DNA from: an uncultured delta proteobacterium | GTDB lineage: Bacteria; Myxococcota; UBA727; VGSZ01 | Reading direction: 5' to 3' | Length of the DNA: 64,000 nucleotides | NCBI GenBank assembly: GCA_963775425.1 | Contig: CAVZJB010000016.1 | Location: 224,001-288,000 of the forward strand | Part shown: one piece after another, positions 9,678 to 19,594 of the stretch | How positions within the stretch are numbered: position 1 is the stretch's first letter | Layout: each line of letters starts with the position of its first letter | Made by a program: the position numbers and the translations under genes | The notes under the pieces: generated by a model | Database searches by the model: none | Seen by the model: only the letters and a program-made list of their open reading frames with translations | Told to the model about the DNA's origin: nothing

Positions 9678-11096
9678 GTGAGCGCCCTCATCGATCTCGG
9701 TCTCGCGTCGCGCCTCATCGGGCGCGCCCTCCAGCACGGCGGCGAGTTCGCCGAGATCTACGTGCAGCGCCGCCGCACCACGGGCCTCGAGCTCGACGAC
9801 GGCCAGATCCGCTCGGCGCAGTCGTCGCGCGACTTCGGCGTGGGCGTTCGCGTCATCAAGGGCATGAGCGTCGCGTACGCCTACAGCGACGACCTCGGCG
9901 AGGCCGCGCTGTTCGAGTGCGCAGACGCCGCCAGCCACGTCGCCGGCTCCTCCTCCGGCGAGCTGGCGTGCGTGCCCAAGCCGCTCACCACGCGCGGCCG
10001 ACCGCACCACGCCGACCCCGAGCGCATCCCCGCGGACGTCGCGCTCGACGAGCGCCTCGCCCTGCTCCGCCGCGCCGACGAGGCCGCCCGCGCCAACCGC
10101 AGCAAGCCCGGGCTCGAGCAGGTGCTCGGCCGCTGGGCCGACGTCGACGAGGACGTCTTCATCGTCAACTCCGACGGCCTCGTCGTCACCGACCGCCGCG
10201 CGCTCTGCCGCCTCTCCCTCGAGGTCATCGTCCGCGATCGCGACGGCGGCCGCCGCACCGGCTCATGCGGCGGCGGCTCCCGCGTCGGCTTCGACCACTT
10301 CCTCGCGCAGACCCCCGAGAGCATCGGCGAGGAGGCCGTGCGCATGGCCGAGGCCCAGCTCGGCGCCAAGCCCGCCCCCGTCGGCGAGCGCGTCGTCGTC
10401 GTCGGCCCCGCGTCCTCGGGCGTGCTGCTGCACGAGGCCGTCGGCCACGGCCTCGAGGCCGACTTCATCCGCAAGAAGACGTCGCTGTTCTCCGGCCGCC
10501 TCGGCGAGCGCGTCGCGAGCGAGCTGTGCACCGTCGTCGACGACGGCACGCTGCCCGGCATGCGCGGCAGCCTCAACGTCGACGACGAGGGCCAGCCCAC
10601 CGGCCGCACCGTCCTCGTCGAGCGCGGCGTGCTCACCGGCTATATGAGCGACAAGCTCAACAGCGGCCTCATGGGCATCGAGGCCACAGGCAACGGGCGC
10701 CGCCAGAGCTTCCGCCACCCGCCCCTGCCCCGCATGACCAACACGTTCCTCGCCGGCGGCAACGACGACCCCGCCGAGATCCTCTCGCAGGTGAAGAGCG
10801 GGCTGTACTGCCGCGCCTTCGGCGGCGGCCAGGTCGACATCGCCAACGGCAACTTCGTCTTCGAGGTGCGCGAGGGCTACCTCATCGAAGACGGCAAGAT
10901 CACGGCGCCGGTGAAGGGCGCCACCCTCGTCGGCAACGGCCCCGAGGTGCTCGGCAAGATCGTCCGCGTGGGCCACGACGAGGCGCTCGCGCCCGGCGTG
11001 TACACGTGCGGCAAGGAGGGCCAGAGCGTGCCCGTGGGGGTCGGGCTCCCCACCGTGCGCATCGACGGCATCACCGTCGGCGGAGGCGCGTCGTGA
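9678..11096 (+). CDS. tldD: TldD metalloprotease
   Basis: GVLLHEAVGHGLEAD, GSLNVDDEG, TGNGRRQSF..PLPRMTNT, CGKEGQSVPVGVGLPT; GTG start at 9678. Confidence 0.95.
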   Translation: MSALIDLGLASRLIGRALQHGGEFAEIYVQRRRTTGLELDDGQIRSAQSSRDFGVGVRVIKGMSVAYAYSDDLGEAALFECADAASHVAGSSSGELACVPKPLTTRGRPHHADPERIPADVALDERLALLRRADEAARANRSKPGLEQVLGRWADVDEDVFIVNSDGLVVTDRRALCRLSLEVIVRDRDGGRRTGSCGGGSRVGFDHFLAQTPESIGEEAVRMAEAQLGAKPAPVGERVVVVGPASSGVLLHEAVGHGLEADFIRKKTSLFSGRLGERVASELCTVVDDGTLPGMRGSLNVDDEGQPTGRTVLVERGVLTGYMSDKLNSGLMGIEATGNGRRQSFRHPPLPRMTNTFLAGGNDDPAEILSQVKSGLYCRAFGGGQVDIANGNFVFEVREGYLIEDGKITAPVKGATLVGNGPEVLGKIVRVGHDEALAPGVYTCGKEGQSVPVGVGLPTVRIDGITVGGGAS

Positions 11097-12484
11097 CCAC
11101 CAGCGCCAGCCCCCCGGTCCCGTCGCTCGAGCAGGCCGAGACCCTCGCCCGGTCGCTGGTCGAGGCCGCCAAGAAGGCCGGCGCCGACGCCTGCGACGCC
11201 GCCGTCGGCATGTCGTCGGCGCTGTCGGCGTCGGCGCGCGACGGCGCCATCGAGGACATCACGCGGGCGACCTCGCGCACCGCCGGTCTGCGCGTCGTCG
11301 CCGGCGGCCGGCTCGGCTTCGTCACCTGGGCCGACGCCCCGCTCGACGCCGCCGCCGTCGACGACATGGCGCGCGCCGCGCTCGAGCTCGCGCGCGCGTC
11401 CACGCCGAGCGAGCACAACGTCATCCCGCGCGCCCCCTCGCTCGACGCCGCCGGCGCCCCCGACCTCGGCACGTGGGACGAGGTCACCGCCGAGGCCACG
11501 CCCGCGTGGGCCATCGAGCAGGCGCTCGCCATGGAGCGCGTGCTCGGCGCCACCGACGGCATCGCGGGCGTGCGCGACGTCTCCGCGTACGCGCGGCGCG
11601 GCATCTTCGCGCTGGCGTCGTCGTGGGGCTTCTCGGGGGCGTACCGCGGCACGCGCGCGTCGCTGTCGTGCTCCGCCGTCGTCGAGGACGGCGGCGGCAA
11701 GAAGCAGATCGAGGGCTGGTCCGCCACGGCCCGCGCGCTCGGCGCCCTCGCCCCCGCCCCCGGCGTCGCCGAAGAGGCCGCGCGCCGGGCGCTGTCCCGC
11801 CGGGGCGCGCGGAAGATCGAGACCATGCGCGTGCCCGTCATCTTCGACGCGCAGATGGCGCGCGGCTTCTTCGCCTCCATCCTGCACGCGCTCTGCGGCG
11901 ACACGCTCGCGCGCAAGCAGTCGTTCCTGCGCGGGATGAAGGGCGAGGCGGTGCTCGCCAAGGGGCTGTCGCTCGTCGACAATCCCGCCCTGCCCGGCGG
12001 CTTCGCTTCGCGCCCTTTCGACGGCGAAGGCCTGGTCACGGACAAGCTCGCCGTCATCGACGCCGGCGGCCGCATCACCACGTACCTGCACGACGCCCGC
12101 AGCGCGGCCCGCCTGGGCGAGGCGCCGACGGGCCACGCGTCGCGCGGCGCGGGCTCTTTGCCGTCGCCGTCGCCGACCAACACCACCGTCGAGGGCGGGA
12201 CGGGAGACCTGGCCTCCATCATCCGCGACACGCCTCGCGGGCTGCTCGTCACGCGCCTGCTCGGGCGCGGGCCCGACATGGTCACGGGCGACTACAGCCG
12301 CGGCGCCTCCGGCTTCTTCATCGAAGGCGGCGAGATCGCGTTCCCCGTCGAGGAGGTCACCGTCGGCGGCAAGATGCTCGAGATGATGCGCACCATCGAC
12401 CGCGCGGGCGCCGACCTCGACCTCCGCTCGTCTTTGCGCGCGCCGCCAATCCGCTTCGCCGAACTCCAGGTCAGCGGCCGCTGA
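11093..12484 (+). CDS. tldE: TldE/PmbA family protein
   Basis: GTGA overlap with tldD; SRPFDGEG, TGHASRG, TGDYSRGASGF, FPVEEVT. Confidence 0.9.
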   Translation: MTTSASPPVPSLEQAETLARSLVEAAKKAGADACDAAVGMSSALSASARDGAIEDITRATSRTAGLRVVAGGRLGFVTWADAPLDAAAVDDMARAALELARASTPSEHNVIPRAPSLDAAGAPDLGTWDEVTAEATPAWAIEQALAMERVLGATDGIAGVRDVSAYARRGIFALASSWGFSGAYRGTRASLSCSAVVEDGGGKKQIEGWSATARALGALAPAPGVAEEAARRALSRRGARKIETMRVPVIFDAQMARGFFASILHALCGDTLARKQSFLRGMKGEAVLAKGLSLVDNPALPGGFASRPFDGEGLVTDKLAVIDAGGRITTYLHDARSAARLGEAPTGHASRGAGSLPSPSPTNTTVEGGTGDLASIIRDTPRGLLVTRLLGRGPDMVTGDYSRGASGFFIEGGEIAFPVEEVTVGGKMLEMMRTIDRAGADLDLRSSLRAPPIRFAELQVSGR

Positions 12485-12502
12485 CGTCTGCGCGCCGCAG
12501 GT

Positions 12503-14188
12503 CTAGCGTCCTTCGAGGAGGCCGGCGTACTCGTGGAGCGTCTTGTCCGCGAGGGCGTGGTCGACGCACGCTTTGTCGCCGATGCTGCGGTCGTCGTACT
12601 GCTCGAGCAGGTCGCTGATGTTGTGGCGCTTCAACGCCTTCTTGGCGCCCTTGTCGATGAGCTTGAGCGCGAGCTTCATGCCGACATGGCTGACGCCGCC
12701 GTCCTGACCCGCGGTGACCTTCTCGCAGGACCTGGCCGAGAAATCCTTTTGCGCCACCGCGGCCCAGGCGTCGTCGACGAGCTCCGCCGGCGCGTTGCGG
12801 TTCATCAGCGCCTGCGCCGCCCCGTGGCGCACGAGGAAGCTCTCGTCGACGGCGTGCTGGGCGAGGCGCTCGGTGGGATCCATGCGCTTGTCGCTGTTGC
12901 TCGGCCACGACATCAGCACCTCGATGGCCTTGCTCTGCCGATCGGCGTCGCCGAGGGCGGCGATGGTGTTTTCAAGCGCCGTGGCGTCGACCTTCTTCTC
13001 CTTGGCCGCCACCGCATACTTGTCGAGCATGGCGTCCCAGCGCAGCGGCCCGTACTGCCGCTCGAGCGCGTGGCCGTAGACCACCCAGTCGCCCGCGCGC
13101 ATGCTGCCCTGGTCCTCGCGCGCCTTCATCATCGCGATGACGTCGTTGTAGCGGCGCTGCTCGAGGAGCTCCTCGGCGCTCGGCGCGCGCAGCCAGATGA
13201 GCGCGCCCGGCCCGAAGGTGACGAGGAAGCCGAGCAGGAACGCGGCGCCGAACACCGCCGGGCTCACGTAGAGCCGCCGCAGCAGCACCTGCCAGCGCGG
13301 CACGGACGGCAGCTCTCCCTCGGCGGTGGCGTCCTCGTCGAACACCGACGCCGCCGCGGCGGGCGACGACGGCTGCGGCGGCGTGGCCACCGGCGACGGC
13401 AGCGGCCGCCGCGCGCCCGGCGGGGGCGGCGTGCGCGGCTGCACCGGAGGCATCGGCGTCATGGGCTGCTGCCCGCCGGCCGGGCCGTCGCGAAAGCCCG
13501 CGGGGAGCTGTGTCCCCGGCGATGTCGGCGGGAACGCCGGCGCGGGGAACGGCGCGGGCGCCGTGTCCGTGCGGGCGCCGGTCGCGGGCGGCGGGAAGGA
13601 CGACGGCGGCGACCCCGCGCCGGTGCGCGCCGGCGTCGACAGCGACGACGAAAACGACGGCGGCGGCGGCAGCGCGCCCGGCTGTCCATTGCCGTGCGGC
13701 GCCCCGCTCGCGCCGAAGGGCGCCGGCAGCGAGGCCCCGACGCCGGGCAGCGCCGTCGACGCGGTGGGCCCGCGCCCGAGCGGCGGCAGCGGCGGCAGCG
13801 GCGCGAACTGGGGGCCCGGCGTGGGGCTGCGGGCGAACGTCGGGGGCGGGATCGAGGGCGAGGGGCGCGACGACGACTGACCGAACGGGTTCGCGATCGA
13901 CGGCGTGGGGATCGACGGCAGCGGGGACGCCGGCTGCGGCGACGGCGGCAGCGAAGACGCCGGCTGCGGCGACGGCGGCTGCGGGGACGCCGGCTGCGGC
14001 GACTGCGGGAACGACGGGGCGCCCGCCATCGCGGGCACGGACGTCACGGGGGCGGGCGCGAGCGCCGCGGGATCGAGCGCGGCGGGGCGCTGCTGGGCGG
14101 TCACCGGCTTGCCGGCCTCGTGGCCACAGGCGAAGCACAGAAGGCCGTCCCAGGCACGGCCGCAGTTCGGGCAGCGCTGCACGCTCAC
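12503..14188 (-). CDS. zinc-ribbon, Pro-rich, single-TM protein with helical C-terminal domain
   Basis: CPNC..CFAC, about 270 aa Pro-rich linker, TM (AVFGAAFLLGFLVTFGPGALIWL), helical-repeat-like C-domain. Confidence 0.7.
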   Translation of the reverse strand: MSVQRCPNCGRAWDGLLCFACGHEAGKPVTAQQRPAALDPAALAPAPVTSVPAMAGAPSFPQSPQPASPQPPSPQPASSLPPSPQPASPLPSIPTPSIANPFGQSSSRPSPSIPPPTFARSPTPGPQFAPLPPLPPLGRGPTASTALPGVGASLPAPFGASGAPHGNGQPGALPPPPSFSSSLSTPARTGAGSPPSSFPPPATGARTDTAPAPFPAPAFPPTSPGTQLPAGFRDGPAGGQQPMTPMPPVQPRTPPPPGARRPLPSPVATPPQPSSPAAAASVFDEDATAEGELPSVPRWQVLLRRLYVSPAVFGAAFLLGFLVTFGPGALIWLRAPSAEELLEQRRYNDVIAMMKAREDQGSMRAGDWVVYGHALERQYGPLRWDAMLDKYAVAAKEKKVDATALENTIAALGDADRQSKAIEVLMSWPSNSDKRMDPTERLAQHAVDESFLVRHGAAQALMNRNAPAELVDDAWAAVAQKDFSARSCEKVTAGQDGGVSHVGMKLALKLIDKGAKKALKRHNISDLLEQYDDRSIGDKACVDHALADKTLHEYAGLLEGR

Positions 14189-14278
14189 GGGGGGCAGAGT
14201 AACAAGGTGGGCGGGGGAAGTGTCGTGGCCGGCCGGGCCCGAGCCCGCACGAGACAGCACAAGACATGCCCACCGCGG

Positions 14279-14306
14279 CTTGACGCCCCCGGGGCCCTGC
14301 CTATCT
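14279..14306 (+). promoter_or_regulatory. putative sigma32-like promoter of dnaK
   Basis: CTTG-N17-CCTATCT, matching the alphaproteobacterial RpoH consensus CTTG-N17-CYTATNT; GAGGAG RBS downstream. Confidence 0.5.
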
Positions 14307-14349
14307 TCCGCGTGTTGCACGAAAAGCGACACAGCGAGGAGACACAGTC

Positions 14350-16269
14350 ATGGGCAAGATCATCGGCATCGACCTCGGGACCACCAACTCCGTCGTCGCC
14401 ATCATGGAAGGCGGCGAGCCGAAGGTGATCGCAAACGAGGAAGGGGCGCGCACCACGCCGTCGGTGGTCGCCTACGGCAAGGACGGCGAGGTCATGGTGG
14501 GCCAGGTCGCACGCCGCCAGGCGGTGACCAACCCGGGAAGCACCATCTACTCGGCCAAGCGCTTCATCGGGCGCAAGCTCAACGAGGTGGCCGACGAGAT
14601 CAAGCGCGTGTCCTTCGAGGTCGGCACCGGTGACAACGGTGACGCCGCCTTCAAGGTCGCCGGCAAGACGCTCACCCCGCCCGAGGTCGGCGCCAAGGTG
14701 CTCCAGAAGCTCAAGCGCGCGGCCGAGGCGTACCTCGGTGACACCGTGTCCGAGGCGGTCGTCACCGTCCCCGCGTACTTCAACGACAGCCAGCGCCAGG
14801 CCACCCGCGACGCCGGCCGCATCGCCGGTCTCGACGTCAAGCGCATCGTGAACGAGCCCACGGCGGCCGCGCTCGCGTACGGCCTCGACAAGCAGAAGGA
14901 AGAGAAGATCGCCGTCTTCGACTTCGGCGGCGGCACGTTCGATATCTCCATCCTCGAGGTGGGCGAGAATGTCGTCGAGGTCATCGCCACCAACGGCGAC
15001 ACCCACCTCGGCGGCGACGACATCGACCACGCCGTGATGGAGTACCTCATCGGCGAGTTCAAGAAGGAGACGGGCGTCGACGTCAGCAACGACAAGATGG
15101 TCGTCCAGCGCCTCAAGGAAGCGGCGGAGAAGGCCAAGATCGAGCTGTCGTCCGTGAGCGAGACGGAGATCAACCTCCCCTTCCTCACCGCCGACGCCTC
15201 GGGCCCCAAGCACATGAACCTGCGCCTGTCCCGGGCCAAGCTCGAGCAGATCATGGACCCGTACGTGCAGCGCACGCTCGAGCCCTGCCGCAAGTGCCTG
15301 GCCGACGCCAAGCTGAAGGCCGGTGAGATCGATCAGGTCGTGCTCGTCGGCGGCTCCACCCGCATCCCCATGGTGCAGGAGGCCGTGAAGAAGCTGTTCG
15401 GCAAGGAGCCGAACCGCTCCGTGAACCCCGACGAGGTCGTGGCGCTCGGCGCCGCGGTGCAGGCCGGCGTGCTCGCGGGCGAGGTGAAGGACCTCCTCCT
15501 CCTCGACGTCACCCCGCTGAGCCTCGGCATCGAGACCCTGGGCGGCGTGAACACGGTGCTCATCCAGCGAAACACCACCATCCCCACCAAGAAGATGGAG
15601 GTGTTCTCCACGGCGAGCGACAACCAGACCTCCGTCGAGGTCCACGTGCTGCAGGGCGAGCGCGAGATGGCGCGCGACAACCGCACCCTCGGCCGCTTCC
15701 ACCTCGACGGCGTGCCCCCGGCGCCGCGCGGCCTGCCGCAGATCGAGGTGACCTTCGACATCGACGCCAACGGCATCGTGAACGTCTCTGCGAAGGATCG
15801 CGCGACGAGCAAGCAGCAGCACATCACCATCACCGCGAGCTCCGGCCTCTCCGAGTCCGAGATCCAGAAGATGGTGAAGGACGCCGAGGCCCACGCCGAG
15901 GACGACAAGAAGCGCCGTGAGCTCGTCGAGGAGCGCAACAAGCTCGACTCGATGATCTACCAGCTCGAGAAGATGCTGAAGGACAGCGGCGACAAGGTCT
16001 CCGACGCCGCCAAGGAGCCCGTCGAAGCGGCGCTCAAGGCGGCCAAGGAGAAGCTCGACAGCCAGGACGCCGAGGTCGTCAAGGCGGCGCTCGAGGAGCT
16101 CACCAAGGCCAGCCACAAGATGGCCGAGGAGCTCTACAAGACCAGCGGCGGCGCCGAGGGCGGCGACGCTCCCCCGCCTCCGGGCGCGGAGGGCGCCGCG
16201 GGCGGCGAGGAGAAGAAGGGCGGCGACGACGTCGTCGACGCCGAGTACGAAGAGGCGCCCCGCAACTGA
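14350..16269 (+). CDS. dnaK: chaperone DnaK
   Basis: [45 protein letters not shown]. Confidence 0.99.
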   Translation: MGKIIGIDLGTTNSVVAIMEGGEPKVIANEEGARTTPSVVAYGKDGEVMVGQVARRQAVTNPGSTIYSAKRFIGRKLNEVADEIKRVSFEVGTGDNGDAAFKVAGKTLTPPEVGAKVLQKLKRAAEAYLGDTVSEAVVTVPAYFNDSQRQATRDAGRIAGLDVKRIVNEPTAAALAYGLDKQKEEKIAVFDFGGGTFDISILEVGENVVEVIATNGDTHLGGDDIDHAVMEYLIGEFKKETGVDVSNDKMVVQRLKEAAEKAKIELSSVSETEINLPFLTADASGPKHMNLRLSRAKLEQIMDPYVQRTLEPCRKCLADAKLKAGEIDQVVLVGGSTRIPMVQEAVKKLFGKEPNRSVNPDEVVALGAAVQAGVLAGEVKDLLLLDVTPLSLGIETLGGVNTVLIQRNTTIPTKKMEVFSTASDNQTSVEVHVLQGEREMARDNRTLGRFHLDGVPPAPRGLPQIEVTFDIDANGIVNVSAKDRATSKQQHITITASSGLSESEIQKMVKDAEAHAEDDKKRRELVEERNKLDSMIYQLEKMLKDSGDKVSDAAKEPVEAALKAAKEKLDSQDAEVVKAALEELTKASHKMAEELYKTSGGAEGGDAPPPPGAEGAAGGEEKKGGDDVVDAEYEEAPRN

Positions 16270-16286
16270 CGGCGGCGCGACAGCGG

Positions 16287-16323
16287 AGGGGCGCGGTCTC
16301 GGCGACGGGATCGCGCCCCTTTT
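16287..16323 (+). terminator. intrinsic terminator after dnaK
   Basis: AGGGGCGCGGTCTCG-GCGA-CGGGATCGCGCCCCT stem with GNRA loop followed by a T run. Confidence 0.75.
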
Positions 16324-16448
16324 CGCGTCCGGTGAGGCTGTAGGCCCCGCCGCAGGTGGCAGCGAGAACGACACCGGCGTTGACGGGCGTCACCCGCTCC
16401 GGCGACGAGCGGATGGCTCGCGCCGTGGTCGCATGCGACACATGGACC

Positions 16449-16997
16449 ATGCTCTATTCCTTTCACGGCCACGAGAGCGATCTCGACCTGAAAGACGTCA
16501 TCGCGTTCGAGCCGGACCTCACCGCGCAGCTCGCGAAGCAGCTCAGGGAGCCGAACGTCGAAGACGCGGTCGCCGTCGCCCTCGACTTCTACGGCGCCGC
16601 CTACGTGCGCGAGCAGGCGGCACACCTCGAGGTGGTCGGCAGGAAGTGGGCGGAGCTGGCGCCGCTGGCCCAGACGCCCAACGACAAGGAGCGCGTGAAG
16701 GCCATCCCCGAGCGGCTCTGCTTCCGCCTCGATCAGGTCTGGCGCGAGGGCCGCGCCGCCGTCTATCTGGTGCTGCGCTCCGTCGCCATGCGCCACGGCT
16801 GCGCCATCGAGGACGCGCCGCTCTTCGTCGACATGGACAGCGTCGCGTCGCTGATGGAGCTCATCGTCGACGGGTTGCGCGCCGGCTTCGCCGCGTCCGT
16901 CGACGCCTCGGTCGTCGTCGCGCTGCTCGAGCGAGCCGTCAAGCCCCGGGCCGACGGCTCGCGCGAGCTCGACTGGGCGACCGAAGCCGGCCGCTGA
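16449..16997 (+). CDS. hypothetical protein
   Basis: ORF with genome-typical codon usage, MLYSFHGHESDLDL...; no recognised motif. Confidence 0.6.
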   Translation: MLYSFHGHESDLDLKDVIAFEPDLTAQLAKQLREPNVEDAVAVALDFYGAAYVREQAAHLEVVGRKWAELAPLAQTPNDKERVKAIPERLCFRLDQVWREGRAAVYLVLRSVAMRHGCAIEDAPLFVDMDSVASLMELIVDGLRAGFAASVDASVVVALLERAVKPRADGSRELDWATEAGR

Positions 16998-17001
16998 CGG
17001 C

Positions 17002-18246
17002 TCAGAAGGCGAGGTCCGCGAACACGGCGCCGCCGAAGCCGCCGTCGGACTGGCCGAGGGTCTGGCCGTAGTTGCCTTCGACGCCGAGGCGCACGTTCTC
17101 GATGACCCAGGTCGACACATCGAGCGTGCCCTGGAGGTGGTTGTTGCCGTCGTCCTGCTGGACCCAGTCGAGGCGGGCCAGCGGCAGCAGGATGGGGCGG
17201 CCGTCGACGCGCACGGCGTACAGACCCTCGAGGAAGCCGCCGAAGTTGGTCTGCGCGGCCTGGTTGTCGATCTGATCGCCGGCGACGACGAACGCGGCCA
17301 CGCCGGTGAGGTCACCGTAGGTGGCGTCGGCGTCGACGCCGGTCCGCCACGAGGTGGCGTCGCTCGCGCCGCGCCCCTCGCCGACCGTGGTGCGCCCGCC
17401 GAGGCCGAAGGCGCCGAAGCTCAGGTTCTCGATGGGGTCGACCGCGAGGCGCAGCACGCCAATCCGCGGGATGCCCTCGGTGAGGACGTCGGGCGCGCCG
17501 GTGACGCCGCCTTCGTAAAAGACCATGCCGACGCGGCCGTAGGCCTCGAGGAATTCGGTGTCGCTGTCGAAGCTCACCCCGCTTTGGTGGCCGTCGGTGA
17601 GCACGCTCTTGTCGGTCTGCGTGAGGCCGATGTCGCCGGTGCGGAAGGTGTTGTACGGGTCCGCGGACAGCGGCGGGCCGAAACCGGCGACGATGTTGAG
17701 GTACCGCGACGGATGAATGCCGACGCGGCCGTCGACGCCGAGGGCGAAGTCGTCCTCCGCGCCCCCGCCGAGCGCGAAGTGGAAGGATCCGTACTTGAAG
17801 AAGTTGCCGAAGCCCTGCAGCTCGACGTCGTCGAGCGGGACGAACTGCGGGTCGCCGCCCTGCTCCAGCTTCACCGGCGTCGAGCGCACGCGCATCGCGA
17901 GCGGGAGCATCTTTTCGAGGACGAGGTTGTCGTTGATCTGTTGGTGGTTCTGCATGTCCTCGTCGATCAGGCCGTCCTCGTCGGGGAGCCGGTAGCCCGC
18001 CTCCATGAACTTGCGGCCGGTGGCGTTCAGGTACGGCGGCGCAATGTGACAGGTCTGGCAGGGGACGTTGAACTTGCGGGCGAACGCCGGGATGGCCGCC
18101 GCGTCGTCGTGGGCGGGCGGCGGGCCGGCGATGGGACAGCGATGGACGGGGGCGAGCGCGTCGAGCACCGGGCCGAAGGACAGGAAGGCGACGAAAGAGA
18201 GGAAGGCGACGGGCGCGACGCCCGTGAGGATTCTGCGGGTCTTCAT
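17002..18246 (-). CDS. Cyc2-like fused monoheme cytochrome c / outer-membrane porin
   Basis: Signal peptide, AIPAFARKFNVPCQTCHIAPPYLNATGRKFMEAGY, alternating beta-strand pattern, C-terminal Phe (VFADLAF). Confidence 0.75.
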   Translation of the reverse strand: MKTRRILTGVAPVAFLSFVAFLSFGPVLDALAPVHRCPIAGPPPAHDDAAAIPAFARKFNVPCQTCHIAPPYLNATGRKFMEAGYRLPDEDGLIDEDMQNHQQINDNLVLEKMLPLAMRVRSTPVKLEQGGDPQFVPLDDVELQGFGNFFKYGSFHFALGGGAEDDFALGVDGRVGIHPSRYLNIVAGFGPPLSADPYNTFRTGDIGLTQTDKSVLTDGHQSGVSFDSDTEFLEAYGRVGMVFYEGGVTGAPDVLTEGIPRIGVLRLAVDPIENLSFGAFGLGGRTTVGEGRGASDATSWRTGVDADATYGDLTGVAAFVVAGDQIDNQAAQTNFGGFLEGLYAVRVDGRPILLPLARLDWVQQDDGNNHLQGTLDVSTWVIENVRLGVEGNYGQTLGQSDGGFGGAVFADLAF

Positions 18247-18671
18247 GGGTGGCTCCCCTGGGTTTTCAAAGCGGGCTCGATGAACGCGGTCTTCACGTAC
18301 GCGAGGACGTCGGCGACGCCCTTGTCCGTGAGGGCTGGGCCCCAGGGCGGCATCGCGGGGGACAGCTTCACGGCCGGTCCCCCGTCGCGAACGGCGACGA
18401 ACAGCTCCCAGTCGGTGACGTCGGCGAAGCGCTTGGCGTCGGAGAAGCTCGCCGGCGGCGGCTTGAGCGCTTGACCCGCGAGCCCGTTGCCGAGCCCGTG
18501 CTTGCCGTGGCAGCTCGCGCAGTTGACCACGAACAGCTTCTTGCCGTTCGCCACGTCGCCGCGGATGGCGAACCCGGCGGGCGGGGGGTCCTTGGGCGGG
18601 GCTGCGACCGCCGCGAACGCGGCGGTGCACGCCGCGGCCAGAATCGTCACGCCCCATGCCGTCTTGCTCAT
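18243..18671 (-). CDS. periplasmic monoheme class I cytochrome c
   Basis: Signal peptide, GKKLFVVNCASCHG, distal Met in AMPPWG; AGGAGG RBS; ATGA overlap with the downstream gene. Confidence 0.9.
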   Translation of the reverse strand: MSKTAWGVTILAAACTAAFAAVAAPPKDPPPAGFAIRGDVANGKKLFVVNCASCHGKHGLGNGLAGQALKPPPASFSDAKRFADVTDWELFVAVRDGGPAVKLSPAMPPWGPALTDKGVADVLAYVKTAFIEPALKTQGSHP

Positions 18672-18696
18672 GCCGACCTCCTGATGGCGTCCTCAA

Positions 18697-18712
18697 AGCA
18701 AGTGCGAGGCCA
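18697..18712 (-). promoter_or_regulatory. putative sigma54 (-24/-12) promoter
   Basis: Minus strand TGGCCTCGCACTTGCT has GG-N10-GC spacing and TTGC; lies about 15 bp upstream of the AGGAGG RBS. Confidence 0.65.
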
Positions 18713-18833
18713 CCCAGGTGGGATGAACCGCGCGGTCGCGCGGGCGCACGCCACCGCGGCCGCTGCGCGATGGGGCACTGTGGTGCAGGGTCGAAGCGTG
18801 CGGCCGCGCCCCTGTTCTGTGTGATTCCGCCCG

Positions 18834-19592
18834 CTATTCGGCGACGATGAACGACGGCAGCGCGAGCTTCGCCTTCGCCGCTTCGGCGGCGGCGCGCGCG
18901 GCGTAGGCCCCGAGGCGCACGCGGAACACGGACTTGCCGCCGACCTCGCCCTCGGCGACGCGCGCCCCGGGGAGCTTCTTCGCGAACGCCTCGGCGCCCT
19001 CGCGCGTGGGCAACGACGCGACCTGGAGCGCGTACGTGGGCGCGGACGCGCGGTGATCGTCGACGCCGGCGGGCACGGTGCCGAGCACCTTGGCCAGCGC
19101 GCGCTGGATGCGGCGGTCGTCGGCCTTGTCGTCGTTGTCGTCGTCGTCGTCGTCGCTCGCGGCGTGCGCGGCGGTGGCGTGCGCGGCAGCGGCGGGGGCG
19201 GCTGCGGGGGCCGGCGCGGGCGGCGACGCGGGGGGCGGGGCCGGCGGGGGATCCTCGGGCGGGGTCTCGAGGTGTGCGGGAGCGGTCTCCGCCGCGGGCT
19301 CCACCGCCGACGCCGGCTTTTCCCCCAGCTTCTCGGCGCGGACCGGGTCGGGCCGCTGCAGCTCCGCCGCATAGGTGAGCTTCAGCGCCGCGCGCTTTTG
19401 CTCGTAGACCTGCGCGGTGCGCTCGGCGCGCGCGAGCACGTCGGCGGTGGGAAGCGCGGAGCCGCGCGCCTCGCCGATGCCGCCGGCGACGACGATGCCG
19501 AGCCCGAAGGCGGCGCCGACGCCGACGGCGAAGAACACGCCGCGCGGCAACACGCTCGCCCGCTCCAGGATGGTCCTCGAGGCGTCTCGCAA
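18834..19592 (-). CDS. SPOR domain protein (FtsN/DedD-like)
   Basis: TM, Pro/Ala linker, YALQVASL..FRVRLGAY; lies directly after argS, a common arrangement. Confidence 0.8.
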   Translation of the reverse strand: MRDASRTILERASVLPRGVFFAVGVGAAFGLGIVVAGGIGEARGSALPTADVLARAERTAQVYEQKRAALKLTYAAELQRPDPVRAEKLGEKPASAVEPAAETAPAHLETPPEDPPPAPPPASPPAPAPAAAPAAAAHATAAHAASDDDDDDNDDKADDRRIQRALAKVLGTVPAGVDDHRASAPTYALQVASLPTREGAEAFAKKLPGARVAEGEVGGKSVFRVRLGAYAARAAAEAAKAKLALPSFIVAE

Positions 19593-19594
19593 AA

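Noticed and set aside
9678-12484. TldD/E as part of a RiPP cluster
   Set aside because: No YcaO, precursor peptide or exporter nearby; looks like the housekeeping pair
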